Shown: one piece after another, positions 8,563 to 18,799 of the stretch
How the letters are laid out: every line of letters begins with the position of its first letter
Numbering within the stretch: position 1 is the first letter of the stretch
Source of the DNA: Candidatus Nomurabacteria bacterium
GTDB taxonomy: Bacteria; Patescibacteriota; Minisyncoccia; Phycocordibacterales; UBA9973
Assembly (NCBI GenBank): GCA_029288805.1
Contig: JARIGO010000001.1
Location: forward strand, 1 to 51,150
Direction: 5' to 3'
DNA: 51,150 bases
Program-made: the position numbers and the translations under genes
Notes under the pieces: model-generated
Seen by the model: the letters and a program-made list of their open reading frames with translations, nothing else
What the model was told of the DNA's origin: nothing
Database searches by the model: none

Positions 8563-8622
8563 CGTCTCTAAAGAAATAAATACAGGAGTTAGAGGTCGAA
8601 CTCCCTTATAAAAGTCAAACAA

Positions 8623-8654
8623 AAAAGCCTTTGCGAAATTTCGCAAAGGCTTTT
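8623..8654 (-). terminator. Intrinsic terminator for the minus-strand orphan gene
   Basis: AAAAGCCTTTGCGA-AATT-TCGCAAAGGCTTTT immediately past the stop at 8656. Confidence 0.85.
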
Positions 8655-8655
8655 A

Positions 8656-9075
8656 TTAATGATTCATAAAGGAAACGTCTGAAGCAATACTGAAAGAAAA
8701 ATTTTGGAAAAGGCTCAGTTGATCTTTTTTACGGGGCTTGGCTGGTTTGCGGGTGAGTATTTCAATGTATTTTTCATAAAAGGGGATTATGGATTTAAGG
8801 GTGGCCCACATTTCGTTGGTTATTGAAATCCCATCTTTATGCTTTGATCTCTTTTTATAAGAATTCAGCAGTTTGCTAAAAATCTTTCTTCTTATAGCAC
8901 TTTTTTCTGGTTTTGATTGCCAGTCCATAACTCTTATAAGAAAGTCTAAGGCATCCTTTTCTTTGGGCAGTATGTTTTTTGTTAATGAATCAATAATGAG
9001 TTCTTTGATCTCAGCGAGGGTCGGTTTTTTGTTGGTTTTCATCTCGTACTGGTTTGTTTGAATGCAGTATAGCAT
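8656..9075 (-). CDS. Hypothetical basic protein (true start probably MKTNKK at ~9042)
   Basis: Own promoter (minus strand TTGACT-16 nt-TGnTATACT, 9067-9094) and own terminator. No recognisable motif. Confidence 0.65.
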   Translation of the reverse strand: MLYCIQTNQYEMKTNKKPTLAEIKELIIDSLTKNILPKEKDALDFLIRVMDWQSKPEKSAIRRKIFSKLLNSYKKRSKHKDGISITNEMWATLKSIIPFYEKYIEILTRKPAKPRKKDQLSLFQNFSFSIASDVSFMNH

Positions 9076-9107
9076 CTATTGACAAAAAGTCAAGTTTTAG
9101 ATGTAGT

Positions 9108-12100
9108 TTAGAGAATTTTTATGTCATCGATCATGATGGTCGGCTTGTCACCGCGCTGGGCAATGGAGCATTTCATGGCAGCTACGGCGCCTTCCTTAAT
9201 CAGTGAGCCGATTTTTTTGAAGGCTTCAGGGAAGACTACGGCTTCAGCGCGGGCGCTCTTGTCCTGGATGGTAAGAAATGCCATCTTGGAATTATCCTTT
9301 TTGGTCATAATGACACGAGCCTGGTCGATATGGGCGACAATGAGCTGGTTCTTATCGAACTTCTTCTTTATAAGCGTACTGATGGTAGTAGTGGCTTTCT
9401 TGAGCTTGTCAGCATGTGAATCAAGCGGATGTCCCGAGATGTATAGGCCAAGCAATTCTTTTTCCCATTCCAGTTTTTGACGTAGCGATGCTGGCTGTGC
9501 AGGATCCATTTTCAAAACACTTTTAGGTTTGTCCTCCAGTCCATCAAATAGTGATACGTGTCCAGAGTTACTGAACTGACTGATGCCTTTGTGGAAAGCC
9601 AAGAGGTTTTCAATATTGGCACACAGCACGCCACGCTCACCGAAGTCATCCATGGCGCCGCACATGATCAATGCCTCAAGGGACTTCTTATTAAGGTTGC
9701 GATGCTGCACTCGTTCAAGGAAATCTTCTATGGACGTGAACAGTCCACGAGCTTTGCGTTCCTCAATGATGAACTTGCCGATTTCCTCACCAAAGTTTTT
9801 GATGTTCTTTAGTCCAAAGCGGATATTACGAGTGACGATTCCATTTTCAACCACTACGGTGAAGTCCGAGAAAGACTCATTGATGTTTGGAGGCAATACT
9901 GGATAGCCCATACGGTTGGCTTCAGCAATGTATTCACTACATGTTTCAATGTCGCCTGACTCGGCCGTCATACAGGCAGAGAGGTATTCGGCAGGGAAGT
10001 TCGCTTTCAAGTATGCAGTCTGGTATGCCACCATACCGTAACTCGCAGCATGAGCCTTGTTGAAACCGTACGCTGCAAACGGTTCAATTTTTTTCCAGAG
10101 GTCATCGATCTGTGGAATGCTCAAACCGCCGTATTCCTTACAGCCTTTGTAAAACTTATCCTTCTGTTCAGCCATTTCCGCAGGAATTTTCTTACCCATG
10201 GCTTTACGGAATTTGTCGGCATCAAGCCATGTATATCCAGCGAGACGAATGGATGTCAGCAACACGTCATCCTGGTACACCAAAAGACCGTATGACGCTT
10301 CAAGGTCGTCTTTCAAACGCGGGTCAGGATAGGTGACAAGGTGAGGATTTTTCTTGCGCTTAATGTATTCCGGAATGACTTCCATCGGACCAGGGCGATA
10401 CAATGCCACCATGGCCATAAGATCTTCGAGCTTAGTCGGCTGCAGCATTTTGATATTGGATGTCATGCCATCGCCGGCCATCTGGAAGACACCCATGGTT
10501 TCTCCTCGAGAAAGCATTGAAAAAACCTTCGGATCGTTGAGAGGAATGTTGTCCATATCAATGTCGATACCACGGATGGCCTTTACGCGCTCTACAGTGC
10601 CTGAAATGAACTGCAGGTTACGAATACCAAGCATATCGAACTTCGGCAGGTTTACCACGCCGTCACGGCCTCCTGAGAACATATCGTATTGGGTGATGAT
10701 CTTTCCTTCACCCTTGGTATCGTACTGGATCGGCGTATAGTCAGTGATGTCAGGCGTTGGAGCAATGACCACTCCGGCAGCGTGCACTGAGACGTGACGT
10801 ACGTTACCTTCGATTTTTTTTGCCATATCGATGATTTCCTTCGTACCGCGATCGGTATCGTACATTTCTTGGAGTTCCGGTACGATTTCTAATGCGTGAT
10901 CAATGGTCATGGGAAAACCCTGTGAACCCATTGGGATAAGCTTTGATATGGTGTCACCAACGCTGTATGGATAGCCAAGAGCACGAGCAACATCGCGAAC
11001 AGAACCGCGAGCAGCCATCGTTCCAAACGTACAGATCTGCGCTACTGCACCCATGCCGTATTTTTGGCGAGCGTATCCGATAAGGTCATCTCGTCGGTCA
11101 TCGGCAATGTCCAAGTCAATATCAGGAATACCGGGACGAAGCGGGTTCAAGAAACGTTCAAAGGGAAGCTTGTATTTGATGGGGTCAACGGTAGTAATAC
11201 CCGTAAGGTATGACACCAATGAACCCGCTGCGGATCCTCGAGTGTTTGTATAAATACCCATGTCACGTGCGGCGTGCACCAAGTCTGCTTCCACCAAGAA
11301 ATATGACGGAAAGCCCTTCTGGCTGATGACATCAAGCTCAAACTCTATACGTGTCCGTACTTCTTCCGTCATCTCGTAATTTTTTTCCTGAATGCCGAGC
11401 TCGACATTTTCGCGAAGTACTTGGTCATAGGTTTTGCCTTCAGGGATAGGGTAGGTAGGGAATTTCCATGGAGCCATTTCAATTTCCAAATTAACGGTTT
11501 CTGCGAGCTTCACGGTGTTTTCAACCGCTCCTGGCACGTCCTTGAATATCTCCATAGCTTCCGCTGCATTGATGAATGAGTAGTTGCCGGCCTTCATGGA
11601 CATTTTGGCATTGCCAACCTCTGTTCCAGTATTGATGGCTACAAGTGTGTCCTGTGCTTCCTTATCGTCAACGTGAAGGTAGTGAGAATCCCATGTGCCG
11701 ACAAGTGGTAGGTCCAATTCTTGTGCGATCTCTACGATGGTAGGAATAAGCGGCATGTACCAGTCAACGTCTTCGTGATGCATGACTTCCACATACACAT
11801 TCTCCTTGCCGAATGTTTTCACATACCATTGCAAGAGGTTTTTTGCCTCAGCCTTGTTGTCATTCTTAAGGTAATTGATGAAGCGACTTCCTGGGCAGCC
11901 AGAGAGACAGATGACGCCTTCGCTGTGAAGCTCAAGCAGTTCAGCATCCATGCGTGGTTTGTAATAGTATCCTTCAAGGTTTGCCTTTGAAACCAACTTC
12001 ATGAGGTTCTTGTATCCGGCATTGTTCTTTGCAAGAAGCGTGAGGTGGTAGCGCTTGCTATCAATACCCGGTTCCTTGTCAAAACGAGAGCGTTCAGCGA

Positions 12101-12311
12101 CATAGGCTTCGACTCCAACAATAGGCTTTATGCCGGCCTTTCTGCATTCATTATAAAATTCGATAGCACCATACATGGCACCGTGGTCAGTAAGCGCAAG
12201 CGCAGGCATGCCAAATTCCTTCGCTCGTTTTACGAGATCCTGTACTTTTGACAATCCATCCAAGAGGGAATAGTGAGAGTGAGTGTGCAAATGCACATAT
12301 TGAGGCTCCAT
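9108..12311 (-). CDS. dnaE: DNA polymerase III alpha subunit
   Basis: HLHTHSHYSLLDG PHP domain, RGSAAGSLVSY, PDIDLD, KFDMLG, FAAYGFNKAHAASY, and C-terminal OB fold. Confidence 0.98.
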   Translation of the reverse strand: MEPQYVHLHTHSHYSLLDGLSKVQDLVKRAKEFGMPALALTDHGAMYGAIEFYNECRKAGIKPIVGVEAYVAERSRFDKEPGIDSKRYHLTLLAKNNAGYKNLMKLVSKANLEGYYYKPRMDAELLELHSEGVICLSGCPGSRFINYLKNDNKAEAKNLLQWYVKTFGKENVYVEVMHHEDVDWYMPLIPTIVEIAQELDLPLVGTWDSHYLHVDDKEAQDTLVAINTGTEVGNAKMSMKAGNYSFINAAEAMEIFKDVPGAVENTVKLAETVNLEIEMAPWKFPTYPIPEGKTYDQVLRENVELGIQEKNYEMTEEVRTRIEFELDVISQKGFPSYFLVEADLVHAARDMGIYTNTRGSAAGSLVSYLTGITTVDPIKYKLPFERFLNPLRPGIPDIDLDIADDRRDDLIGYARQKYGMGAVAQICTFGTMAARGSVRDVARALGYPYSVGDTISKLIPMGSQGFPMTIDHALEIVPELQEMYDTDRGTKEIIDMAKKIEGNVRHVSVHAAGVVIAPTPDITDYTPIQYDTKGEGKIITQYDMFSGGRDGVVNLPKFDMLGIRNLQFISGTVERVKAIRGIDIDMDNIPLNDPKVFSMLSRGETMGVFQMAGDGMTSNIKMLQPTKLEDLMAMVALYRPGPMEVIPEYIKRKKNPHLVTYPDPRLKDDLEASYGLLVYQDDVLLTSIRLAGYTWLDADKFRKAMGKKIPAEMAEQKDKFYKGCKEYGGLSIPQIDDLWKKIEPFAAYGFNKAHAASYGMVAYQTAYLKANFPAEYLSACMTAESGDIETCSEYIAEANRMGYPVLPPNINESFSDFTVVVENGIVTRNIRFGLKNIKNFGEEIGKFIIEERKARGLFTSIEDFLERVQHRNLNKKSLEALIMCGAMDDFGERGVLCANIENLLAFHKGISQFSNSGHVSLFDGLEDKPKSVLKMDPAQPASLRQKLEWEKELLGLYISGHPLDSHADKLKKATTTISTLIKKKFDKNQLIVAHIDQARVIMTKKDNSKMAFLTIQDKSARAEAVVFPEAFKKIGSLIKEGAVAAMKCSIAQRGDKPTIMIDDIKIL

Positions 12312-12359
12312 GGTGCCTGTAGTATAGCAGCGAGCGATAAGGTTTGTTATATTGACACT

Positions 12360-12965
12360 ATGAAATGGGTTATTGGAATAGATGAGGTGGGCAGAGGGCC
12401 GTTTGCAGGACCGGTGACGGTATGTGCCGTAGCCATGCCTCAGGGTGCGTATAAAAGGGTATTGGCAAGCAATACGTGGAATGGTCTGACTGATTCCAAG
12501 AAGTTGAAGGAGAAGGATCGTGAGTTGTGGGCTGAAGCAGCGCGCGCCTTAGCAAAAGAAGCGAGCGCGCTGCGTATCGCCACCGCTTCTCGTACCGCCA
12601 CCGCAATAGACAAGAAAGGCATCGCAGTGTGCATTCGTGAATGCATTGCGGCAAACCTGAAAAAGCTTCAATTGGATCCCAAGGACTGTGTGGTCTTGCT
12701 TGATGGAGGTTTGAAAGCACCGGCGGAATACAAAAACCAAACTACTATTATAAAAGGAGACTTGCATGAGAAAATTATTTCTCTGGCATCAGTCGTTGCA
12801 AAGGTGCAGCGCGATCATTACATGATCGCGCTGCACAAAAAACACCCTGCCTACAACTGGCAGCAAAACAAAGGCTATGGCACATTAGGGCACAGAACTG
12901 TAATAAAAAAACGGGGTCTGACCCCATTTCATCGCAAGAGTTTTATCAAAGCATTACCACAGTAA
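12360..12965 (+). CDS. rnhB: Ribonuclease HII
   Basis: IGIDEVGRGPFAGPV, DSKKL, IIKGD, ASVVAKVQRD, NKGYGT..H, HRKSF. Start at ATG 12360, 6 nt after TGnTATATT. Confidence 0.96.
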   Translation: MKWVIGIDEVGRGPFAGPVTVCAVAMPQGAYKRVLASNTWNGLTDSKKLKEKDRELWAEAARALAKEASALRIATASRTATAIDKKGIAVCIRECIAANLKKLQLDPKDCVVLLDGGLKAPAEYKNQTTIIKGDLHEKIISLASVVAKVQRDHYMIALHKKHPAYNWQQNKGYGTLGHRTVIKKRGLTPFHRKSFIKALPQ

Positions 12966-13658
12966 TTTGTATGCTCCCAGTATTGCCGCTGTTTCTGTTC
13001 GTAATACTCGGGTAGTGATTTGTAAATGCTGCGGTTTGAATCTTTCGATGATGGCTTCGTCCTGTTCGTCCCATCCGCCTTCCGGTCCTACATAGAGCAC
13101 CATAGTGTCTGCCATCCGTTCAACATGGGATGTTGGACAGATAGGGTCAAGCACAACACTGTCAAAAGGGTAGGCTTCGAAACATTCTTTCAGCGTCATT
13201 GGTTCCGTGATATGTACGCGTCGCGTTCCTCCACATTGTTCTACCGCTTCGTCACTGATAGCTTGTAAGCGGTTGAGGCGAATAGATTGTTTAACGGTGC
13301 GATTAGTAAGCAACGGCACAATGGTGCTGACACCAATTTCTGTCAGTTTTTGCACCATCAGTTCAAATGCGTCACCTTTGACGATGCTGATAGCAGCAAT
13401 GATTGTTCGAGGCACAGCCACCACTGGTGCAATATCCTTAACAATACCGGTTAAAGATAGATCCGTAGTCATGCGTAGGGTAATGGTGTACTGCATTCCT
13501 TCATCCGCAAAAATTTGGATGTCTTCTCCTGGGCGGATTTTCAACACCCGATTGATCTGCTTGGTAATGCGGCTGTCATCAATAGTGATCTGATCACCAA
13601 TATTTTTTGCAGGAATATGTTCCACCAAAAAACGGTGGATTTTTTTGTGACTCATCAT
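12954..13658 (-). CDS. rsmE: 16S rRNA m3U1498 methyltransferase
   Basis: RVLKIRPGE, KGDAFELMVQKLTEIGV, EAVEQCG, VGPEGGW, RVLRTETA. Confidence 0.93.
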   Translation of the reverse strand: MMSHKKIHRFLVEHIPAKNIGDQITIDDSRITKQINRVLKIRPGEDIQIFADEGMQYTITLRMTTDLSLTGIVKDIAPVVAVPRTIIAAISIVKGDAFELMVQKLTEIGVSTIVPLLTNRTVKQSIRLNRLQAISDEAVEQCGGTRRVHITEPMTLKECFEAYPFDSVVLDPICPTSHVERMADTMVLYVGPEGGWDEQDEAIIERFKPQHLQITTRVLRTETAAILGAYKLLW

Positions 13659-14299
13659 ATTGGCAGGTGGATAAAGAATGGCGCATGTGGGGAGGTAAAG
13701 TTGTGTACCAATGCCAACACTGCCAAAGCCATAATAAGGATACCGATAATTTTATTCAATGCCACGGCCTTTTCATATCGCTTGCGTTGTGTGAAGGCAA
13801 TGTATGCTAGGACTGACCACCAAATAAATGCTCCAATAAAAAATCCGATGGCTACTTGGGCACGGGTAAACAATGGCTGGTCAATAAAACGGTTCAAGAA
13901 TAGACCGATAACGCCGAATGCCAAGTATGTAGAGGGATTGGTTAGCGCCAGCACAATAGAAGCGAAAAAATGCTTATGCCATGGCAAGTCTCGCTCGATA
14001 GTTTTCAAAGGGTCAGCCAATATCATGCGTAGACCATAAAAGAATACGATGAGACTGCCAATGATAAAGAGCCAGTTTGGTATGTGATAAAGACTTGTGC
14101 GGGAATGGTGTAGTCCTAAAAGAATGACAAGTGTTGCTGCGGTATCAATCAATGCAATTGCCAAGCCGGAAATAATACCAGCGCGAAGGCCGTGGTTGAC
14201 AGTTCGCTTCATAGTAATCAGTGCCACTGGGCCAAGAGGGAGGGAGATAATTATACCGATACCGATGCCCGATAGCAGACCAAGAAGGGATATATACAT
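13655..14299 (-). CDS. LysE-family translocator
   Basis: SLPLGPVALITMKRTVNHGLRAG and LALTNP, with about six TM segments. Confidence 0.85.
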   Translation of the reverse strand: MYISLLGLLSGIGIGIIISLPLGPVALITMKRTVNHGLRAGIISGLAIALIDTAATLVILLGLHHSRTSLYHIPNWLFIIGSLIVFFYGLRMILADPLKTIERDLPWHKHFFASIVLALTNPSTYLAFGVIGLFLNRFIDQPLFTRAQVAIGFFIGAFIWWSVLAYIAFTQRKRYEKAVALNKIIGILIMALAVLALVHNFTSPHAPFFIHLPI

Positions 14300-14305
14300 A
14301 AAAAC

Positions 14306-14749
14306 CTATTTTACTACAATTTGTCGGTATTCTCGACTGATAAAAAAGACCGTAATAACATTCACTACCAGTAACAGGATAGTGAACCAGGAAAAACTTT
14401 TGAACAATGTCACTATTTGATACAGACTGAAGCCTCCAAGCAGCACGATAGCCAATGGATAGGCCCAGAGACGGTTGGTCCATAATCCCCATACCAAAAT
14501 GAGCTTCACAATGCCGTGACTGAAAAAATATACAATGCCCATAGTCTGGTTTTGGGCTGAGATACTAAGAATAACCTTCTGCAAAATAGCAGAGAAAGGA
14601 TAATGTGAAAAATAAAGATATGCAGTGATACGCTGCTGGAAGACAAAGAATAGCCCTGCAAAAATATCTGTTATGGCAATACAGCCGTTAACGATAATGG
14701 TTGCAAAAAACGCCTTATGTAATAATTCATCCTCCTCTGTGGTTTCCAT
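14306..14749 (-). CDS. DUF2127 membrane protein
   Basis: YFFSHGIVKLILVWGLW..RLWAYP motif. Confidence 0.8.
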   Translation of the reverse strand: METTEEDELLHKAFFATIIVNGCIAITDIFAGLFFVFQQRITAYLYFSHYPFSAILQKVILSISAQNQTMGIVYFFSHGIVKLILVWGLWTNRLWAYPLAIVLLGGFSLYQIVTLFKSFSWFTILLLVVNVITVFFISREYRQIVVK

Positions 14750-14800
14750 GTATTATTACCAGTATACCGCATATTCAGTTTTTCGTAGTATTATGAATAT

Positions 14801-15247
14801 ATGGACATTCGAACCGCCCTCAAAAAACATTGGACCGTTATTGCCATTATAGGGTTGATATTTGTGCTGTTCTTTGAGGCACAGTATTTTATTCATTCTG
14901 TTGAGCACTTTTATTCGCAAGGTGAACTTCGTCCCATGTATCGCCACCGCGAAACCGAAATAGTTCCGCAGGCATCTCCGTCTGCCAAGGCCACCATTGC
15001 AACAGTAAAGAACGTTACAGTTACTCCTACGCTTAATGCCAGTAGCATTCAGTTGTGGATGACGTTTGACTACATCAATGTCGTGTGTAAGTTGCCAACA
15101 AATTATTTGAAAGATATTCTCGGCGCCAATGATCCACGGTATCCTAACGTGCGACTCGACACGTATGCGACTCGTAGCGGTATTGATCCGCAGGTCTTGC
15201 TCCGCACTGTGCAGCAGTATGTTGCCTCATATCAGAATACTCATTAG
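14801..15247 (+). CDS. Hypothetical membrane-anchored protein
   Basis: N-terminal TM and a WMTFDYIN motif. Cotranscribed with DedA. Confidence 0.7.
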   Translation: MDIRTALKKHWTVIAIIGLIFVLFFEAQYFIHSVEHFYSQGELRPMYRHRETEIVPQASPSAKATIATVKNVTVTPTLNASSIQLWMTFDYINVVCKLPTNYLKDILGANDPRYPNVRLDTYATRSGIDPQVLLRTVQQYVASYQNTH

Positions 15248-15252
15248 TTATT

Positions 15253-15882
15253 ATGGATGCATTCGCCCAAACAATCCTGCCATACATCCTGTTGTATAAA
15301 TATTGGGCACTCTTTATTGTCACGTTTTTATCTTCATTGGCCATTCCTATACCAGCTGGCACACTGTTGGTAGCTTCTTCTGCATTTGCTAGTCAGGGAT
15401 ACTTCAATATCATTATCGTCTTGGTAGTGGTGATCGTTGCCAATATCATCGGTGACAACATTTGTTTTTGGATCTCACGCCTCTACGGCAGGAGAATCTT
15501 TGAACGATTCTCGTTCACTCGGAAAGTCCTTGATTCTAAAAACTTCAGACTGATCGAAGCCAAGATCAAGCAGCGTCCCGGCTTTGTCATTTTCATCAGC
15601 CGTTTTGAAGCCATTGCCACACTGTCTGTGAACATCGTCTGCGGGCTTAGTGGTGTGTCGTATCAACGCTATATGGTATTTGAGGCTATTGGAGCGGTAG
15701 GAGATGCGTTGCTGTATGGAATGGTGGGATATATCTTTGGAGACAGTTGGGAAGCGGTGAACAACCTTATCGGCAACTTCTCCATCATTGTCTTTGTTGT
15801 CTTGATCGGTTGCGTTATTTTGTTCTGGAAACGCATCATGAAAAATCTCAGCACTGAGCATTTGTTGGAAAACACCAAGTAG
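15253..15882 (+). CDS. DedA/VTT (SNARE-associated) membrane protein
   Basis: AIPIPAGTLLV, ANIIGDNICFWISRLYG, VIFISRF. Confidence 0.9.
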   Translation: MDAFAQTILPYILLYKYWALFIVTFLSSLAIPIPAGTLLVASSAFASQGYFNIIIVLVVVIVANIIGDNICFWISRLYGRRIFERFSFTRKVLDSKNFRLIEAKIKQRPGFVIFISRFEAIATLSVNIVCGLSGVSYQRYMVFEAIGAVGDALLYGMVGYIFGDSWEAVNNLIGNFSIIVFVVLIGCVILFWKRIMKNLSTEHLLENTK

Positions 15883-15921
15883 GAGTACAATGTCTTTGTA
15901 TCAGCTAATATAAAAAATGAT

Positions 15922-16173
15922 ATGAAGAAAATAAAATGTTCTGATGTTGGTGGGCCTTGCGATCATGCAATAACTGCCGAGACAAAGGAAGAAATGATGC
16001 AGAAAATGTGGGAACACTACGAAAAAACTCATCCAGAAGACGCTGAAAAGGTAAAGGCTATGCCAAAGGAAGAAGTTGATAAGTGGACAGCAATGTTCAA
16101 TCAGAAATGGGACGAAACTCCAGATCTCACTCAGGAAGAAATGGAAGAAGAACGCAACGTTGAAATAATCTAA
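15922..16173 (+). CDS. DUF1059 family protein
   Basis: KCSDVGGPCDHAITAETKEEMM...H. Confidence 0.8.
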   Translation: MKKIKCSDVGGPCDHAITAETKEEMMQKMWEHYEKTHPEDAEKVKAMPKEEVDKWTAMFNQKWDETPDLTQEEMEEERNVEII

Positions 16174-16175
16174 CC

Positions 16176-16206
16176 AAAAGGCCATTCCGTTCCGGAATGG
16201 CCTTTT
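16176..16206. terminator. Bidirectional intrinsic terminator
   Basis: AAAAGGCCATTCCG-TTC-CGGAATGGCCTTTT between convergent genes. Confidence 0.88.
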
Positions 16207-16219
16207 ACATTCTCAATTC

Positions 16220-16942
16220 TTATTGCGGCAAGATGCCAGCCTTTTCTGCTTCAATTGTTTTTATTTGTTCTGCAGCACTCAATGGTACTGCTACGGATGG
16301 GTCTGCTGCAACGATGGTTTTTGTAAGCGCTGTTGCATTTGCAGCTCCGCCATCACCGACAACGACAAAGTTATCAGCACTAAGTGGCACGATAGTAGTA
16401 TCAAAGCGAGATGTTCCGCCAAACATGTGCAAGCCGCCCATGGTGTTAACAGAAATGTCAGCAGGCTTTGTTGCTCCGTCGCCTTCAGGAGGCGTCGTCA
16501 TCCAAAGATGGCTGGTCGTGTCAAAGTAAAATGTCACAGGACCGATAGGACCCGCACCTCCTGTGTCAGTAATAGTTCTGGTTGTGGAATGCGCCTCTTG
16601 AACGATGATAGAAGGATAATCCTGCCCAGCTGGCTGCAATCCTAGTGACTTAACAACTGTTACGGATTTTAATTGTGCGCCAAATGGTGGGTTGTTTGGA
16701 GTAGTAACAGTCCATGTATCTGGATACCAAAATGAAAATCCAAAATTGGTGTCAGTGTATTTTTTCATACCAGCCACTGCAATTGGTTGCGGTTGGGTAG
16801 GGGAAGTAGTTTGTGCCGTTCCTGTAGTTGTAGTAACAGGACTCGGAGCAGTAACGTTGGTTGGTTTTAGGGCCAAATATCCTAGTAATAATATGATAAC
16901 TATCAGTAATCCAATAACTATATTTTTATTCATATAATTCAT
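16220..16942 (-). CDS. Membrane-anchored extracellular protein (PsbP-like YTDTNFGFSFWYP start)
   Basis: N-terminal TM, T/P/Q-rich linker, then KYTDTNFGFSFWYPDTW. Confidence 0.75.
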   Translation of the reverse strand: MNYMNKNIVIGLLIVIILLLGYLALKPTNVTAPSPVTTTTGTAQTTSPTQPQPIAVAGMKKYTDTNFGFSFWYPDTWTVTTPNNPPFGAQLKSVTVVKSLGLQPAGQDYPSIIVQEAHSTTRTITDTGGAGPIGPVTFYFDTTSHLWMTTPPEGDGATKPADISVNTMGGLHMFGGTSRFDTTIVPLSADNFVVVGDGGAANATALTKTIVAADPSVAVPLSAAEQIKTIEAEKAGILPQ

Positions 16943-16979
16943 TATTTCACATTTTCCAGAAAAACAGTATGATTATGGT

Positions 16980-18014
16980 ATGGGAACGAACGTTCACAAA
17001 ATCATTCATATCGATATGGACGCATTCTATGCTTCAGTAGAGCAGCGTGATAACCCTGAGCTCAGAGGCAAGCCTATTGCAGCTGGATATAGTGGCAAGC
17101 GTGGTGTCGTGGCTACTGCGAGCTATGAAGCACGAAAATTTGGCATTCATTCCGCCATGCCTTCAGTCACCGCCATGCGACTGTGCCCACAGTTGATCTT
17201 TGTGCCACCTCGATTTGATGTCTATCGTGAATTGTCGCGACAGATTCATGAAATCTTTGCAAAGTATTCTGACTTTGTTGAACCGTTATCGTTGGATGAG
17301 GCATATCTTGATGTTACTGAAAACAAACAAGGCATTGATACGGCATGGAATACTGCCAAGGCTATTCGTGCGGAGATTTTTGAAAAGACTGGACTGACTG
17401 CTTCTGCCGGTATTTCGTACAACAAATTTTTGGCAAAGACGTCATCGAGTAAACGCAAGCCAAACGGGCAATTCGCAGTCACGCCTGACATGGGTGAGAC
17501 GTTTATGGAGACGCTTCCTGTAAAAAAGTTTTATGGTGTTGGTCCGGTGACGGCACGCAAGATGCAGGAACTTGGTATTGAAACTGGAGCAGACCTGAAG
17601 CGATGGTCTCTCGAAGATTTGAAAAAGCAATTTGGCAAAGTCGGCGGTTGGTACTATGACATTGTGCGAGGTAACGACAATAGAATTGTGAACCCTCATC
17701 GCGAACGCAAGTCCTCAAGTTCAGAAACAACATTTGCAGAAGATTTAGTGGATCAGGATTCCATCGAATCAGGCATTCTCGCTATGGCAAACGATGTGTG
17801 GCAATGGTGTGAGAAAACCGGCATGCGCGGTCGTACTGTAACTGTGAAAATTAAATGGGGTGATTTCACGCGCTCTACCCGTAGTCGATCTGCCAAAGAG
17901 CCTATTGTTGCCAGCGAGCAGTTTCAGCAATTGGCATTAGATTTGCTTCGCTCTGTTTTTCCATTGCAAAAGGGCATTCGGCTGGTGGGTGTCGGTCTTT
18001 CGAATTTTAAGTAG
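16980..18014 (+). CDS. dinB: DNA polymerase IV (Y family)
   Basis: IIHIDMDAFYASVEQRD, ATASYEARKFG, SLDEAYLD, NKFLAK, IRLVGV. Confidence 0.97.
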   Translation: MGTNVHKIIHIDMDAFYASVEQRDNPELRGKPIAAGYSGKRGVVATASYEARKFGIHSAMPSVTAMRLCPQLIFVPPRFDVYRELSRQIHEIFAKYSDFVEPLSLDEAYLDVTENKQGIDTAWNTAKAIRAEIFEKTGLTASAGISYNKFLAKTSSSKRKPNGQFAVTPDMGETFMETLPVKKFYGVGPVTARKMQELGIETGADLKRWSLEDLKKQFGKVGGWYYDIVRGNDNRIVNPHRERKSSSSETTFAEDLVDQDSIESGILAMANDVWQWCEKTGMRGRTVTVKIKWGDFTRSTRSRSAKEPIVASEQFQQLALDLLRSVFPLQKGIRLVGVGLSNFK

Positions 18015-18020
18015 TAGAAT

Positions 18021-18464
18021 ATGCATATGAAAGAAGAAATTTGTCCTGAATGCGGCGCAGTGCTTACTGAAGGAAAAACCTGCAGAGACTATCTCGATAC
18101 CATGATCATGTGGGACTTTCAGGATTTTCTTGGAGTCGGACAGATTCACCATCTTACGGTGCTATGTTATGGGTTGCAGCACCCGGCAACGTATTCCCAA
18201 AAAGGATTGGAAGACGCAAAGGATTTCCTCAGAGAATTTGTCCATGAAAAAAATTCATTCGAAGAACATGACAAGAGAAACAGGGAACGTCTTTCTTCCA
18301 ACGTGCGTGATTGGAAAATAATCGGTACGCCAGAAGATCACGGTAGCTATGCCGCAATGCCTCATTGGACTATTCGTACGCCTGATGTGGCAATGCCGGG
18401 ATTGGAAGGGTATCCAGAACGGGTAATTGCATGGGCACAATCTATATATAATGAGATACAATAA
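18021..18464 (+). CDS. DUF5946-like protein with N-terminal CxxC
   Basis: CPECGA...C; HHLTVLCYGLQHP. Confidence 0.65.
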   Translation: MHMKEEICPECGAVLTEGKTCRDYLDTMIMWDFQDFLGVGQIHHLTVLCYGLQHPATYSQKGLEDAKDFLREFVHEKNSFEEHDKRNRERLSSNVRDWKIIGTPEDHGSYAAMPHWTIRTPDVAMPGLEGYPERVIAWAQSIYNEIQ

Positions 18465-18468
18465 TAGT

Positions 18469-18777
18469 ATGGCTAAAAAAATTTCTGGAGGTGTGGCACA
18501 TGAGTTGCCAGAGGATGTGCGAAAAGCTCTCACCGCTGATGCTAAGGCGCTTGCATTGTGGGAAGACATTACACCGCTTGCTCGCAATGAATGGATCTGT
18601 TGGACTATTTCCGTCAAAAGTCCTGAGAAAAGAAAAGAGCATGTTGCTCGAATTGTTTCGCAACTTAAGGAAGGAAAACGCCGCCCATGCTGTTGGATAG
18701 GGTGTGTTCACCGCAAAGACAAGGCACTCAGCCCCTCTCAAAAATTCATCTTGCAATCAAGATCGAAAGCCAGATAA
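18469..18777 (+). CDS. YdeI/OmpD-associated family protein
   Basis: ELPEDVRKAL...WEDITPLARNEWICW...K.PE.R..CCW.GC. Start at ATG 18469, 6 nt after TACAAT. Confidence 0.85.
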   Translation: MAKKISGGVAHELPEDVRKALTADAKALALWEDITPLARNEWICWTISVKSPEKRKEHVARIVSQLKEGKRRPCCWIGCVHRKDKALSPSQKFILQSRSKAR

Positions 18778-18799
18778 AAATTAGGCCAAGTGAGGGAAG

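Noticed and set aside
9121-12251. Numerous 60-130 aa ORFs antisense or out of frame to dnaE, secA, gyrA, infB, hisS and others
   Set aside because: They are shadows of long conserved genes with no motifs or expression signals.
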